64,000 nucleotides of DNA from an uncultured delta proteobacterium (GTDB lineage: Bacteria > Myxococcota_A > Polyangia > Haliangiales > Haliangiaceae). The notes under the pieces are model-generated. The model was not told where the DNA came from and did no database searches. It worked only from the letters and a program-made list of their open reading frames with translations. The position numbers and the translations under genes are program-made. Below, in pieces: positions 50,123 through 59,035 of this stretch. How positions within the stretch are numbered: position 1 is the stretch's first letter; each line of letters starts with the position of its first letter. The stretch covers positions 4,736,001 to 4,800,000 of the forward strand of contig CAWKDB010000010.1 of the NCBI GenBank assembly GCA_963848295.1, written 5' to 3'.

Positions 50123-51484
50123 ATGCCGCAGCCCGCAAACCAGAACCGCTCGCTCAAGACCGCGATCCCGGGCCCGACCAGCGCCGCGTTGCGCGCGCGA
50201 GAGGACGTTCACATCGCGCCGGGCGCGCAAGGTTACGCGTTGATGGCTGGAGTGGTCGTCGATAGCGCGCAGGGCACGACCGTCACCGACGTCGACGGCA
50301 ACACGTTCCTCGATTTCATCGGCGGCATCGCGGTCGGCGCACTCGGCCACTCGCATCCGACCTGGGTCGACGCGATCCAGAAGCAGGCCGCGCGTGCGGC
50401 GGTCGGTTCGTTGACGAGTGAAGCGCGGGTCGAGCTGTTCGAGCGATTCGCGAAGCACGCGCCGGCGAACGGCGTGCACCGGCTGCAGATGTACTCGGGC
50501 GGCGCCGAGGCGGTCGAGAGCGCGCTGCGCTTGGCGAAGTCGCACACCGGCAAGTACGAGTTCATCAGCTGCTGGGGCGGCTTTCACGGCAAGACGATGG
50601 GCGCGCTCGCGCTGATGGGCTCCACATTCAAGGACAAGCTCGGGCCCATGGTACCGGGCAGCCATCAAGTGCCCTACGCGGATTGCTATCGCTGTCCGCT
50701 CGGCCAGTCGTATCCATCGTGCGGCATCGCGTGCGCGGAGGTCGCGCGCAAGTACGTCAAGGTCGCAACCGCGGGCGCGGTCGCCGGCATGATCGTCGAG
50801 CCGATGCAAGGTACCGCCGGCAACATCGTCCCCCCGAAGGAATTCTTGCCGGCGATGAAGTCGATCGCCGATGAAGCGGGCGCGTTGTTCATCGCCGACG
50901 AGATGATCACCGGCCTCGGCCGCACCGGCAAATGGTGGGGTACGGACCACACCGGCGTGATCCCGCACATCGTGACGATCGGCAAGGCGGTCGGCGGCGG
51001 CTTCCCGCTGTCGGCGCTCGCCACGACCGACGAGATCAGCAAGGCCAAGCCGTGGTCGAACGCATCCGGTTCGTCGTCGAGCTACGGCGGCAATCCGCTC
51101 GCGGCCGCGGCCGGCGCGGCGTCGCTCAGGATCATCGAAGAAGAGCACCTGGTCGACAACTCGCGCGACGTCGGCGCCGCGATGCTGAAGGAGCTCGAGA
51201 CCTGGGTCGATCGCTATCCATTCGTCGGCTGCGCGCGCGGCTCCGGCATGTTCATGGCGCTCGAGCTGGTGAGCGACAAGCAGAGCAAGGCCGAGCTGCC
51301 GCGCAAAGTGACCGAGCGGATCTTCCTGGAGTGCGTCAAGCGCGGCCTGTTGACGATGAGCTACTCCGCGCACTTCCGCATCCAACCGCCGCTGACCACC
51401 GACGAGGCGACCGCGATGAACGGCCTCGCGATCCTGAGAGAAGTGTTCGATCTCGTCGCACGCGAAGGCTGGTGGTCGGCCTAG
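50123..51484 (+). CDS. Class III PLP-dependent aminotransferase
   Basis: SGGAEAVE, FHGKT, FIADEMITGLGRTG, IGKAVGGGFP, YGGNP. Confidence 0.93.
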   Translation: MPQPANQNRSLKTAIPGPTSAALRAREDVHIAPGAQGYALMAGVVVDSAQGTTVTDVDGNTFLDFIGGIAVGALGHSHPTWVDAIQKQAARAAVGSLTSEARVELFERFAKHAPANGVHRLQMYSGGAEAVESALRLAKSHTGKYEFISCWGGFHGKTMGALALMGSTFKDKLGPMVPGSHQVPYADCYRCPLGQSYPSCGIACAEVARKYVKVATAGAVAGMIVEPMQGTAGNIVPPKEFLPAMKSIADEAGALFIADEMITGLGRTGKWWGTDHTGVIPHIVTIGKAVGGGFPLSALATTDEISKAKPWSNASGSSSSYGGNPLAAAAGAASLRIIEEEHLVDNSRDVGAAMLKELETWVDRYPFVGCARGSGMFMALELVSDKQSKAELPRKVTERIFLECVKRGLLTMSYSAHFRIQPPLTTDEATAMNGLAILREVFDLVAREGWWSA

Positions 51485-51503
51485 CTGCGAGGCCACACCT
51501 TTG

Positions 51504-52535
51504 CTATGTCCGGCGCGCGGCGATCTCGCCAGACGGCGACGCGGTCGCGCGTGGCAGGTCTGCGCGGCGCTGATCGGCGCCGGTCTCGACCGGACACTCG
51601 GCCTTGACGTCGCCTTCGCGGCCCAGGACGAGGCGCATCTCGAGCGCGAGGCCCGCCGCGATCGTCGGGATGACTTGCATCACGTGATAGAGCAGCGCGA
51701 ACGCCAGCGCCGGCTCCTCGGCGATACCGATGATCTTGCAGCCGGCCAGCGCGCCGACCTCGAATGCGCCGACCTGCGCCGGCGTCGACGGCACCATGAT
51801 CGTCACGTTGAGCGTGAACAGCACGAGCAGTGCGGCCGCGATCGGCACGTGGATCCCGACCGCATACATCACGAGCATCACCGCGGCGAGATCGGCGAAC
51901 CACACGAGGAACAGCGGCACTAGTGCCCAGAGCAACCGCTTCGGATCGCGCAGCACGTGCATGCCGGCGATGAACCGGGTGAAGAACGAGCCGGTCCCCG
52001 CAGCCCGGTCGCTGACGCGACCGACCGCCATGTACAGCGCGATGAACAACACGACCGCGATCGCGGCGCACAGCAGCATGCCGATCTCGACCCACCTCGG
52101 GATGCCGGGCAACAGCCACGGCACCGGCGCGACGAGGATCAACATCGTCATCCCATCGAGCAGCTTCTCGGCGACCGCGACTGCCGCGGTGTCCGCGGCC
52201 GGGACGCCATCGCGACGCTTGAGCGACCACACGCGCAACACTTCACCGGCGCGCGCGGGCGTGATCGCCGAGGCCGCGAATGCCGCGACCGTGATCCGGA
52301 ACAGCCGCATCGTCTTCACGATGTGCTTCGGCGCGAGCATGACGTGCCAGCAAGCCGCTTTGCCCCACAAGCATACGAAGTTCAATCCGACCGCGATGGC
52401 GAGCGGCCAGACCTTCGCGTGGCCGAGGTCTTTGCCGAGCTTGTCCCAATCGAGCTTGCGGATGAACCACCACAGGCACGCGCTGATCACCGTGATCGCG
52501 GCAATCCGTAACGTGACAGCGAGTCGGCGGCTCAC
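51504..52535 (-). CDS. Lysylphosphatidylglycerol-synthase TM/UPF0104 flippase-like membrane protein
   Basis: TPARAGEVLR, EKLLD, PSTPAQVGAFE motifs; start uncertain (52535 GTG or 52580 ATG). Confidence 0.82.
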   Translation of the reverse strand: MSRRLAVTLRIAAITVISACLWWFIRKLDWDKLGKDLGHAKVWPLAIAVGLNFVCLWGKAACWHVMLAPKHIVKTMRLFRITVAAFAASAITPARAGEVLRVWSLKRRDGVPAADTAAVAVAEKLLDGMTMLILVAPVPWLLPGIPRWVEIGMLLCAAIAVVLFIALYMAVGRVSDRAAGTGSFFTRFIAGMHVLRDPKRLLWALVPLFLVWFADLAAVMLVMYAVGIHVPIAAALLVLFTLNVTIMVPSTPAQVGAFEVGALAGCKIIGIAEEPALAFALLYHVMQVIPTIAAGLALEMRLVLGREGDVKAECPVETGADQRRADLPRATASPSGEIAARRT

Positions 52536-52597
52536 GCCTGGCACTCCATAAAGAATGACGTAGTCGCGTCTGATCGGCATGCGTTCGGGGCAGCCGC

Positions 52598-53632
52598 GTG
52601 ATAAGCGAGCGGTCGAACGTGACCTTGACTCCCGCGTCCGCCTCGGCCGCTCCGCGCAGTGCGTTGTGGCGCACGCTCGCGTGGATCGGGCCGGACTTCG
52701 GGCTGGTCCTCGCGTTCACCGCGGTGCTCGTGGTGCTCGTCGCCGCGTACGGCGGTTCGTACAAGTGGCGAGAAGGACCGATCGTGATCTCTGCCGGCAT
52801 CGCCGCGATCCTGGTCGCGGCCCGGTTCGTGTGGCGCGCGCCTTCGATCGTGCTCGGCATCGGCGATGCGCGCCGCGAGTTCCTGCGCGCCGCTCAGAAG
52901 ATCCTGCGCGACTGGGGGCCGCTGATCCTCATCATGTGGCTGTTCCAGAGCCTCGAGACGTATACCGGCGTGATCCGCAAGACGTCGATCGACACCTACC
53001 TGTACCGGGCGGACCTCTGGCTGTTCGGCGTCGAGCCGACCGTGTGGCTGTCGAAGCACGCCGTACCGCTGCTCACCGACTACATGTCGCTCGCGTACGG
53101 CTTGTACTTCATCACGCCGATGGTGCTCGCCACGATGCTGTCGATCCGCGGCCGGCGCGAAGACTTTCGCGAGATGTCGACCGCGGTCGTGCTCCAGCTC
53201 GGCATCGGCTTCTTGTTGTTCCTGATCTTCCCCGCCGGCCCACCGCGCTACTACGAGCCGCTGCTGCACGGCGGCCCGGGTGCCTTCGAGCCGCAGCACC
53301 TGCACTCGTACTTCGGCTTGTTCGAGCTCCAGCAAGGGGCGTTCGACAGCGCTGATCCCGCACGCACGAGGTCGGCCTTCCCTTCGCTGCATTGCAGCCT
53401 CGCGCTGCTCACGCTGATCTACTCGTACCGGTTCGGCGACGCCGTGTTTCCGCGCTTCCCGCGCCTGTGGTTCCGCATCGTCGTGCCCGCGGTGATCTCG
53501 CTGTGGATCTCGGTCGTGTACTTGCGCCACCACTGGGTGGTCGACATCTTCGCGGGCCTCGCCCTCGGCACGATCGCGAACTTGCTCGCACCCGTGCTGC
53601 GCCGCCGCTGGCCACGCGCCGTGCTGGAGTGA
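52598..53632 (+). CDS. Inositol phosphorylceramide synthase-like (Aur1/Ipt1, PAP2_3) membrane enzyme
   Basis: FPAGPPRYY, AFPSLH, YLRHHWVVD catalytic motifs; multiple TM segments. Confidence 0.85.
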   Translation: MISERSNVTLTPASASAAPRSALWRTLAWIGPDFGLVLAFTAVLVVLVAAYGGSYKWREGPIVISAGIAAILVAARFVWRAPSIVLGIGDARREFLRAAQKILRDWGPLILIMWLFQSLETYTGVIRKTSIDTYLYRADLWLFGVEPTVWLSKHAVPLLTDYMSLAYGLYFITPMVLATMLSIRGRREDFREMSTAVVLQLGIGFLLFLIFPAGPPRYYEPLLHGGPGAFEPQHLHSYFGLFELQQGAFDSADPARTRSAFPSLHCSLALLTLIYSYRFGDAVFPRFPRLWFRIVVPAVISLWISVVYLRHHWVVDIFAGLALGTIANLLAPVLRRRWPRAVLE

Positions 53633-53633
53633 G

Positions 53634-54824
53634 CTAACGATCACGCGCGCCTCCGTGCGCAGCGATCGCGGCAAAGTATTCAGCGCGGACCTGGCCGGCG
53701 AGGATGTCCCAGTCGTACGCCTCCGCGGCATGGCGGTTGAGCGCGCCGCGGTGATGGCGAGCGGCGGGACCCAGAGCAATGACATCGGTAAGCGCTTGCT
53801 CGAGGGCGCGCGCATCACCTGGCGGTACGAGCGAGCTGCCCTCGGGGATCGCGACCTGGCGATATCCGTCGATGTCGGAACACACGATCGGCTTGGCCGA
53901 CGCCATCGCCTCGAGCAACACGATGCCGAACGATTCCTGGCCGGTCGACGGCGCGACGAACACGTCGCACTCGCGGTACAGCTCGGTCAGGCGGTCGAAG
54001 CCGACGGCGCCGTGATAGTTGAGCCCGGGAAGCGCCGGCGGAGGTGCGGCCTGGCCGAGCTCGCCGATCACGTCGAGCGTCACCGGCAAGCCGCGCTCGA
54101 CCAGCCCGCGATAGGCATCGAACAGATAAGGTGCGCCCTTGCGGCGATCGCCGAGTCGGCCCACGAACAACAGCTTGACCGGCGCGTCGAACGCATGGCC
54201 GTTCGTCGTCGGCGGCGTGAAGATGTCGGTCGGTACGCCGTTCGGGATGATCGACATCGAGCGGTTCCACACGTAGCTCGCGTAACGCGCGGCCGGCTCG
54301 CTGACCGCGATCGCGCGCTGGAACCACGGAAACATCGTCGCGCTCCACGCTTTGCGCGCCCAGCCGAGCGCTCTGCTCTCCTCCTCGGAGAACGCGTGGA
54401 ACGTCGCGACGTGCGGCACGTGCGTCGTCATCCACACCGACCAATACGACAGCGACGGCTGGAGCGGCTCGTGGATATGGATGACGTCGAAGTCGTGCTC
54501 GCGAAAGAACCGCGCGATCGCGAAAGGCGACACGAAGATGCCGAGCATGTTGTCCGAGCCGTTCGCGGGGACGTTGATGATCCCGCCGAACGTCTTGGTG
54601 TCCGGATCCTTGATCGGCGCGGATGACGGCCCGACGACCGTGACCTCATCGCCGTTGCGGCGCAGCGCGGCCGCGAGCTGTTGCGCGTGGTGCTTCACGC
54701 CGCCGCCCGGCGACGCCATATCGTACGTCACCATCATGCAGACCCGCAGCTTGGCTTCCGCCGAGTCCGTGACGATCGGTGGCGGGGGCAGGGGTCTGCC
54801 CTGCGGGTCGATACGGAGAACCAT
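53634..54824 (-). CDS. GT4 glycosyltransferase, PimA-like (phosphatidylinositol mannosyltransferase-like)
   Basis: YDMASPGGGVKHH, DVIHIHEP, VATFHA, IPNGV, RKG, GQESFGIVLLEAMA. Confidence 0.88.
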   Translation of the reverse strand: MVLRIDPQGRPLPPPPIVTDSAEAKLRVCMMVTYDMASPGGGVKHHAQQLAAALRRNGDEVTVVGPSSAPIKDPDTKTFGGIINVPANGSDNMLGIFVSPFAIARFFREHDFDVIHIHEPLQPSLSYWSVWMTTHVPHVATFHAFSEEESRALGWARKAWSATMFPWFQRAIAVSEPAARYASYVWNRSMSIIPNGVPTDIFTPPTTNGHAFDAPVKLLFVGRLGDRRKGAPYLFDAYRGLVERGLPVTLDVIGELGQAAPPPALPGLNYHGAVGFDRLTELYRECDVFVAPSTGQESFGIVLLEAMASAKPIVCSDIDGYRQVAIPEGSSLVPPGDARALEQALTDVIALGPAARHHRGALNRHAAEAYDWDILAGQVRAEYFAAIAAHGGARDR

Positions 54825-54925
54825 AGGCTAGGTGTCGCAACCTAGCGGATCGGTGGCCAGGGTCAAGGGGTCTCCAATCCCGGCAAATCCTGGACAACCA
54901 GGCACTTGGAAGGCATGGTCGGCCG

Positions 54926-57427
54926 GTGATCCCAGCCGCTGCGTTCGCCCATCGGTACGCCCGATGGATCGAGCGGAACCGGTGGTGGATCGTGCTCGGC
55001 TCGATCGCGTTCACCGTGGTCGCCGGGCTCGCGGCGGCGCGGCTTCAAGTGCGCGCCGACTTCTCGTACTTGCTACCGCAGTCGGTGCGCTCGGTGAAAG
55101 ATCTGCGCGCGATCGAACGGCGCGCGCGGGTGATCGGCAGCGCCGAGGTGGCGGTCGAGGATCTCGACGCGTCGGCGGTCTACATCGCGAGCGGCTTCGG
55201 CGCGACGCTCGTACCGCGTCACACCGCGGAGCGCCGGCGCGCGGCGCTGATGATGCGCGACAAGATCGCAGGGCTGTCGAAAGATCTGGTGTCCGGCGTC
55301 ACGTTCGATCACTCGATCGAGCACAAGTACGCTTGGGATCACCGCTGGCTGTTCGCGAAGCTCGGCGATCTGACGCGGGCCCGCGACGCGCTCGCCGACG
55401 AGATCCGCCGCGCGAAGCTCGACGCGAACCCGGCGTTCGTCGATCTGGCCCCGCCGACGAGTCAGCCAGACGCGGCGAGCGAGCTCCGCGGCAAGTTGCG
55501 CGAGGCCGACGCCGACAAGGACGATCCGGGCGAGTACGTCGGCAAGGACCAGACGCTGCAGGCGATGATCGTCCACACCGCGTTCTCGGGCGACATCGAC
55601 AAGGACAACGAGCTGCTCGCCGAGCTCGAGCGAGTCCGCGGCGAAGTGCTCGCTCGGGTTCACGGCGTCAACATCGGGATCGCCGGCGGCGTCGCGGTCG
55701 AGATCGCCGAGCACGACTCGATCTTGAACGGCATGGTGCTCGCGACCGCGGTCACCGTCACGCTCGTGCTCGCCGGCATGCTGTGGTTCTTCCGCTCGGT
55801 GCTCGCGGTCGGCGCGCTGTCGTGGGGGTTGTCGGTCGGCACCGCCGCGACCTTCGCGTTCACGTACCTCGCGCTCGGCTACTTGAACCTCGCGACCGCG
55901 TTCCTGTCGTCGATCGTGATCGGCAACGGCATCAACGTCGGGATCCTCGTGACCGCACGTTACCTCGAGGAGCTGCGCGCCGGCCGCGATGGCGCCGATG
56001 CCCTCGCCGGCGCGCTCGCGCATACCGCCGCCGGCACGCTCGCGGCCGCGCTCACGGCGGCCGTCGCGTACGCCTCGCTGATCATCACGGTGTTCCGCGG
56101 CTTCCGCCACTTCGGGATCATCGGCGGCGTCGGCATCTTGCTGTGCTGGATCGCGGCCTACACCGTGCTCCCGGCGGCGCTCTCGATCGCCCGCCGACTC
56201 GGAATGAAGCCCGGCAAACCGTCGCCGCTCGGCGGCTGGCTCGCGAGGCTCCTGCCGAGGAGCCTCGGGGCGGTCGCGATCGTGACGATCGGGCTCGTCG
56301 TGCTCGCGGGCGCGATCACCGCGCGCTACCTCGCCGAGGATCCGTTCGAGTCGAACTTCAAGAACCTGCGCTCGCACAGCCCCACGATCACCGCCGAGAA
56401 GGTGTGGATGCACTCGATCGATCGGGCGTTCGGCGAGGGCCTCGACTCGGCGTTCGTGATCGCGGTCGATCGGCGCGATGAAGTCGCGCCGCTGGTCGCG
56501 GAGCTGAAACGGACGGATCTGAAGCGCGCGACGCACGACAAGTTGTTCGCCCAGCTCTACACGATGGACGACGTGCTTCCGTCCGATCAGCCGAAGAAGC
56601 TCGCGGTGCTCGCCGAGATTCGCGAGTTGCTCTCGAACAAGGATCTCGATCTGCTCGACCCGAAGGATCGCGACGAGGCGCTACGTCTGCGTCCGCCCGC
56701 CGACCTCCACACGCTGACCGACGCCGACGTGCCGGAGGCGATCGCCGCCCCGTTCACCGAGAACGACAACTCGCGCGGCAAGCTGATCCTCGCGACCGCC
56801 GGGTCGGGCTACGAGATCTGGGACGCGCACGATGCGGTCCGGTTTTCGGACAACGTTCGCGCGTTGCACTTGCCGGCTGACGTTCATTTCGGCGGCGCAT
56901 CGTTCATCTTTGCAGATGTGATCGACGCGGTGCTCACCGATGGTCCTCGCGCCACGCTGGCCTCGCTCGCCGGCGCGATCCTCGTCGTGTTGCTCGTCGT
57001 CGGGCGCAACCGCCACGGGCTCGTCACGATCATCTGCGGGCTATCCGGGACGATCTTGATGCTGGGTACGTGCGCGTTACTCGGCCTCAAGATCAACTTC
57101 TTGGATTTCGTCGCGCTGCCGATCACGATCGGTATCGGCATCGAGTACTCGGTGAACATCGCGACCCGCGAGCGCCAAGAAGGGCCGGGCAAAGGGCGCG
57201 CCGCGCTCGCGACCACCGGTGGCGCCGTGTTCATCTGCTCCTATACGACGATCGTCGGCTGGGGCTCGCTGCTGTTGTCGCAGAACAAGGGGATCAACTC
57301 GTTCGGCCTCGCCGCGATGATCGGCGAGATCACGTGCCTCGGCGTCGCGCTCGTGCTCGCGCCCTCTCTGCTGTGGTTCACCGCGCGCAGGTTGCTCGCG
57401 CCGCGCGTCGATGAATCGTTGACGTGA
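54926..57427 (+). CDS. MMPL/RND family lipid transporter
   Basis: Two TM bundles separated by extracytoplasmic domains; IGNGINVGI..RYLEE and GIGIEYSVNI. Confidence 0.88.
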   Translation: MIPAAAFAHRYARWIERNRWWIVLGSIAFTVVAGLAAARLQVRADFSYLLPQSVRSVKDLRAIERRARVIGSAEVAVEDLDASAVYIASGFGATLVPRHTAERRRAALMMRDKIAGLSKDLVSGVTFDHSIEHKYAWDHRWLFAKLGDLTRARDALADEIRRAKLDANPAFVDLAPPTSQPDAASELRGKLREADADKDDPGEYVGKDQTLQAMIVHTAFSGDIDKDNELLAELERVRGEVLARVHGVNIGIAGGVAVEIAEHDSILNGMVLATAVTVTLVLAGMLWFFRSVLAVGALSWGLSVGTAATFAFTYLALGYLNLATAFLSSIVIGNGINVGILVTARYLEELRAGRDGADALAGALAHTAAGTLAAALTAAVAYASLIITVFRGFRHFGIIGGVGILLCWIAAYTVLPAALSIARRLGMKPGKPSPLGGWLARLLPRSLGAVAIVTIGLVVLAGAITARYLAEDPFESNFKNLRSHSPTITAEKVWMHSIDRAFGEGLDSAFVIAVDRRDEVAPLVAELKRTDLKRATHDKLFAQLYTMDDVLPSDQPKKLAVLAEIRELLSNKDLDLLDPKDRDEALRLRPPADLHTLTDADVPEAIAAPFTENDNSRGKLILATAGSGYEIWDAHDAVRFSDNVRALHLPADVHFGGASFIFADVIDAVLTDGPRATLASLAGAILVVLLVVGRNRHGLVTIICGLSGTILMLGTCALLGLKINFLDFVALPITIGIGIEYSVNIATRERQEGPGKGRAALATTGGAVFICSYTTIVGWGSLLLSQNKGINSFGLAAMIGEITCLGVALVLAPSLLWFTARRLLAPRVDESLT

Positions 57428-57430
57428 GCG

Positions 57431-58444
57431 CTAGGTCTTCGCGAGGTAGGGCTGCATGAACACCAGCCCTTGGGCTTCGCGCGCCTCCCATGCCTTCATC
57501 CATGGCGTCGAGCGATAGCGATCCCACAGATCCGCGGCGATCGTGACGACCGGACCGGTGATGTCGGCCCGCGCGGCGACGCGCAACGCGGCGACGACGT
57601 TCGTCCCACTCGAGCCGCCGACCGGCAGACCCTCTTCGCGGCTCAAGCGCTCGACCATCGCGAACGAGTCGGCGTCGGAGATCTTCTCGGCCCAGTCGAC
57701 CGCATCGCGGTGCAGGTTCGACGGCACGGTCGCAGAGCCGATGCCCTCGACCGCAAACGGACCGTCGGGCCCGAGCTCGCCGGTGTTGACCCATTCGCCC
57801 AAGCCCGAGCCGATCGGATCCGCCATCACGACCTTCGCGCCGGGCAAGCGCTCCTTCAGGTAACGACCGACGCCACTGATCGTGCCGCCGGTGCCCGCGG
57901 CGCTGACGAAGGCGCCGATCGTGCCGCCCGTCTGCTCGAAGATCTCGGGGCCGGTCGCGGTGACGCCGGTACCCCCGTAGTGCGCGATCAGGTTTGCCGG
58001 GTTGTGGAATTGATTCGCGAGGAACCAGCCGTGCTCTTCGGCGAGCCGCGCCGCGACGTTGCGGAAGTTGTCCGGGCTCTTCATGCCGCCGGGCTTCGCG
58101 ATGTAGACCTCGGCGCCGAGCTGGCGCAGCGCGACGCGTTTGTCGGACGCGACCCGTTCGGGGATGACGCAGATGCAGCGATAGCCGCGTGAAGCGGCGA
58201 CGAGCGCGAGCCCCATCCCGGTGTTGCCGGCGGTGCCCTCGATGATCGTCATCGGCGGGTCCTGGTGCGGCTTCAACACGCCGCGAGCTTCGGCGTCGAG
58301 GATGATCGCGCGGGCCGTGCGGTCCTTCACGCTGCCACCCGGATTCATGTGCTCGCACTTGACGAACACGCGATTCGGCAGCCCGACGGCGATCCGCTTG
58401 AGCTCGATCAGTGGCGTGTGGCCAATGGCTTCGGTGATGTCCAT
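57431..58444 (-). CDS. Cysteine synthase / cystathionine beta-synthase family PLP enzyme
   Basis: IGHTPL, NPGGSVKDR, TAGNTG, NQFHNPAN, GTGGT, EGIG. Confidence 0.93.
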   Translation of the reverse strand: MDITEAIGHTPLIELKRIAVGLPNRVFVKCEHMNPGGSVKDRTARAIILDAEARGVLKPHQDPPMTIIEGTAGNTGMGLALVAASRGYRCICVIPERVASDKRVALRQLGAEVYIAKPGGMKSPDNFRNVAARLAEEHGWFLANQFHNPANLIAHYGGTGVTATGPEIFEQTGGTIGAFVSAAGTGGTISGVGRYLKERLPGAKVVMADPIGSGLGEWVNTGELGPDGPFAVEGIGSATVPSNLHRDAVDWAEKISDADSFAMVERLSREEGLPVGGSSGTNVVAALRVAARADITGPVVTIAADLWDRYRSTPWMKAWEAREAQGLVFMQPYLAKT

Positions 58445-58576
58445 GGGGACGCTGTCTCTATTGTCACTTTGCGCCGGCTGGCTGCCGAGCTAACGCTTCG
58501 TGATCGCTTAGGAAGTGTTGGTGGAAGTGTTGGTGACGCTGTCTCTTTTGTCAACTTGCGGCGTCCGAACTTGACA
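58445..58576. repeat. Degenerate REP-like repeats plus a 12-bp tandem duplication
   Basis: GACGCTGTCTCT(A/T)TTGTCA at 58448 and 58535, resembling the 34590 arm; GGAAGTGTTGGT x2 at 58511-58534. Confidence 0.65.
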
Positions 58577-58616
58577 TGTATCACGTCGTGATACACAACG
58601 TATCACATCGTGACAC
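58571..58616 (+). promoter_or_regulatory. TTGACA followed by tandem palindromic operators
   Basis: TTGACA 58571-76; perfect TGTATCACG-T-CGTGATACA 58577-95; imperfect GTATCAC-ATC-GTGACAC 58600-16 overlapping the start codon. Confidence 0.65.
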
Positions 58617-59035
58617 GTCAGCCGCCGCCCGATCCAGAGGAGCCCGAGCTTAAAGAGCGCGTGATCCATACGCGGGTGCCGGAGAGTCTCGAGACCGAGC
58701 TGCGCAAGCGCGCCGGCGATCTTGGCATCTCGGTCTCGAACCTCGTCCGCAACGTGCTCGGCCACGCGTTTGGCCTGGTCGGCGACGTGGTCGCGGACAG
58801 TCACGCTATCGCGCGAGCGGCGCGCGGCGAGGTCGAGCGTGCCGCGGCCAGCCCGAAGTCAACCGACGAGGTGATCGGCTGGCAGGCGTTGTCGCTCGCG
58901 AAGAATGCGATCTGCGATCGCTGCAACGCCGTGCTGCCGAAAGGCGGCTCGGCGGCGATCGGAATCACGGCACGCGGCGCGACCGGACCGATCCGGTGCG
59001 CGACGTGCAGCTCCGAAGGAGACGCCCATGAATGA
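58610..59035 (+). CDS. Ribbon-helix-helix regulator with C-terminal Cys4 zinc ribbon
   Basis: RVIHTRVPESLETELRKRAGDLGISVSNLVRNVL; CDRC..CATC. Confidence 0.75.
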   Translation: MTRQPPPDPEEPELKERVIHTRVPESLETELRKRAGDLGISVSNLVRNVLGHAFGLVGDVVADSHAIARAARGEVERAAASPKSTDEVIGWQALSLAKNAICDRCNAVLPKGGSAAIGITARGATGPIRCATCSSEGDAHE

